A DNA stretch of 24,000 nucleotides from Candidatus Nanoarchaeia archaeon (GTDB lineage Archaea > Nanobdellota > Nanobdellia > Pacearchaeales > GW2011-AR1), in contig JAQTST010000001.1 of the NCBI GenBank assembly GCA_028711165.1, positions 454,558 to 478,557 of the forward strand. Reading direction: 5' to 3'. Under the pieces are notes generated by a model. The model was given only the letters and a program-made list of their open reading frames with translations, was not told where the DNA came from and did no database searches. The position numbers and the translations under genes are program-made. This document shows positions 23,655 to 24,000 of this stretch, piece after piece; position 1 is the first letter of the stretch, and every line of letters begins with the position of its first letter.

Positions 23655-24000
23655 ATGAGTAATAAAAGAGGTTTATCGACGATTATCATAACGATGATTT
23701 TGATTCTTATTTCATTAGTCGCAATTGGAGTTTTCTGGGTTGTTGTAAATAATTTAATCAAAGGAGGAACAGAAGATATTAATTTGGGAAGATTAACTTT
23801 TAGTGCAGAGATTAATAGAGTTCTCGTCGATAATTCGTCAAATAATATGAGTATTTTAGTCAAGAGAAATTCTGGGGAAGGAAATGTTACCAAGATGAAA
23901 TTTATTTTTTACAGTGAAAATGATAATGAAATCATCACACAAGATATCAATCTTGAACAGTTCGCGCAAAAGAATTTTGTTTTCCATCTAGAAACAAACG
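23655..24000 (+). CDS. Partial CDS running off the right edge: pilin-like protein 5, a paralog of the N-terminal ~115 aa of the 22292 gene
   Basis: My translation from ATG 23655 is MSNKRGLSTIIITMILILISLVAIGVFWVVVNNLIKGGTEDINLGRLTFSAEINRVLVDNSSNNMSILVKRNSGEGNVTKMKFIFYSENDNEIITQDINLEQFAQKNFVFHLETN, open to the window end. It is missing from the ORF track because it is open-ended. Confidence 0.75.
   Translation, partial: MSNKRGLSTIIITMILILISLVAIGVFWVVVNNLIKGGTEDINLGRLTFSAEINRVLVDNSSNNMSILVKRNSGEGNVTKMKFIFYSENDNEIITQDINLEQFAQKNFVFHLETN

Noticed and set aside
22292-24000. Diversity-generating retroelement targeting the lectin-type adhesin
   Set aside because: There is no reverse transcriptase ORF and no template/variable repeat pair with A-specific mismatches in the window. 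The only repeat is the N-terminal paralogy, not the lectin C-terminus.
1-24000. Whether the contig is bacterial (CPR), given the GGDEF, the sortase-like signal, the Thermus-like (type 2) IleRS motifs and the SD usage
   Set aside because: Diphthine synthase, the DTD2-type deacylase, TrmB, the tRNA with a large intron whose anticodon pairs with the intron, TATA-like promoters and archaeal pilin N-domains all point to an archaeon. The bacterial-looking items are better read as transfers or convergences, pending an assembly check.

Overview
AT-rich (about one-third GC by eye) archaeal DNA, most likely from a small-genome DPANN-type archaeon. The archaeal assignment rests on diphthine synthase, archaeal-type D-aminoacyl-tRNA deacylase (DTD2), a TrmB-family regulator, an intron-containing tRNA whose anticodon pairs with the intron, TATA-like boxes about 25 nt upstream of the RNA genes, and several proteins with archaeal type IV pilin (class III) N-termini. 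The left half (1-12.3 kb) is mostly housekeeping: IleRS, ArgRS, Dph5, DTD2, a TrxR-like flavoprotein, TrmB, three tRNAs, plus a bacterial-type GGDEF diguanylate cyclase. The right half (12.3-24 kb) is a nearly uninterrupted block of secreted or surface genes: a papain-fold hydrolase, an SNase-LTD nuclease, a Ca-loop protein, a PKD protein, a Cys-rich protein with a sortase-like C-terminal signal, and a lipoprotein. These are followed by an SRP RNA, a P2-type (Ca2+-like) ATPase, and an operon of at least five pilin-like genes, one fused to Cys-rich repeats and a LamG lectin domain. Leads most worth follow-up: (1) the pilin/adhesin operon together with the secretome block, as a candidate host-attachment and DNA-scavenging apparatus; (2) a tRNA-Ser(GCU) with a ~139-nt intron made of three covarying UUCG hairpin modules that resemble the tRNA's own variable arm, flanked by tRNA-fragment copies; (3) the GGDEF two-gene cassette bracketed by GC-rich repeats beside that tRNA. 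I saw no CRISPR array, transposase, integrase or recognisable defence gene. All calls come from reading the sequence and ORF translations by eye; no searches were run.
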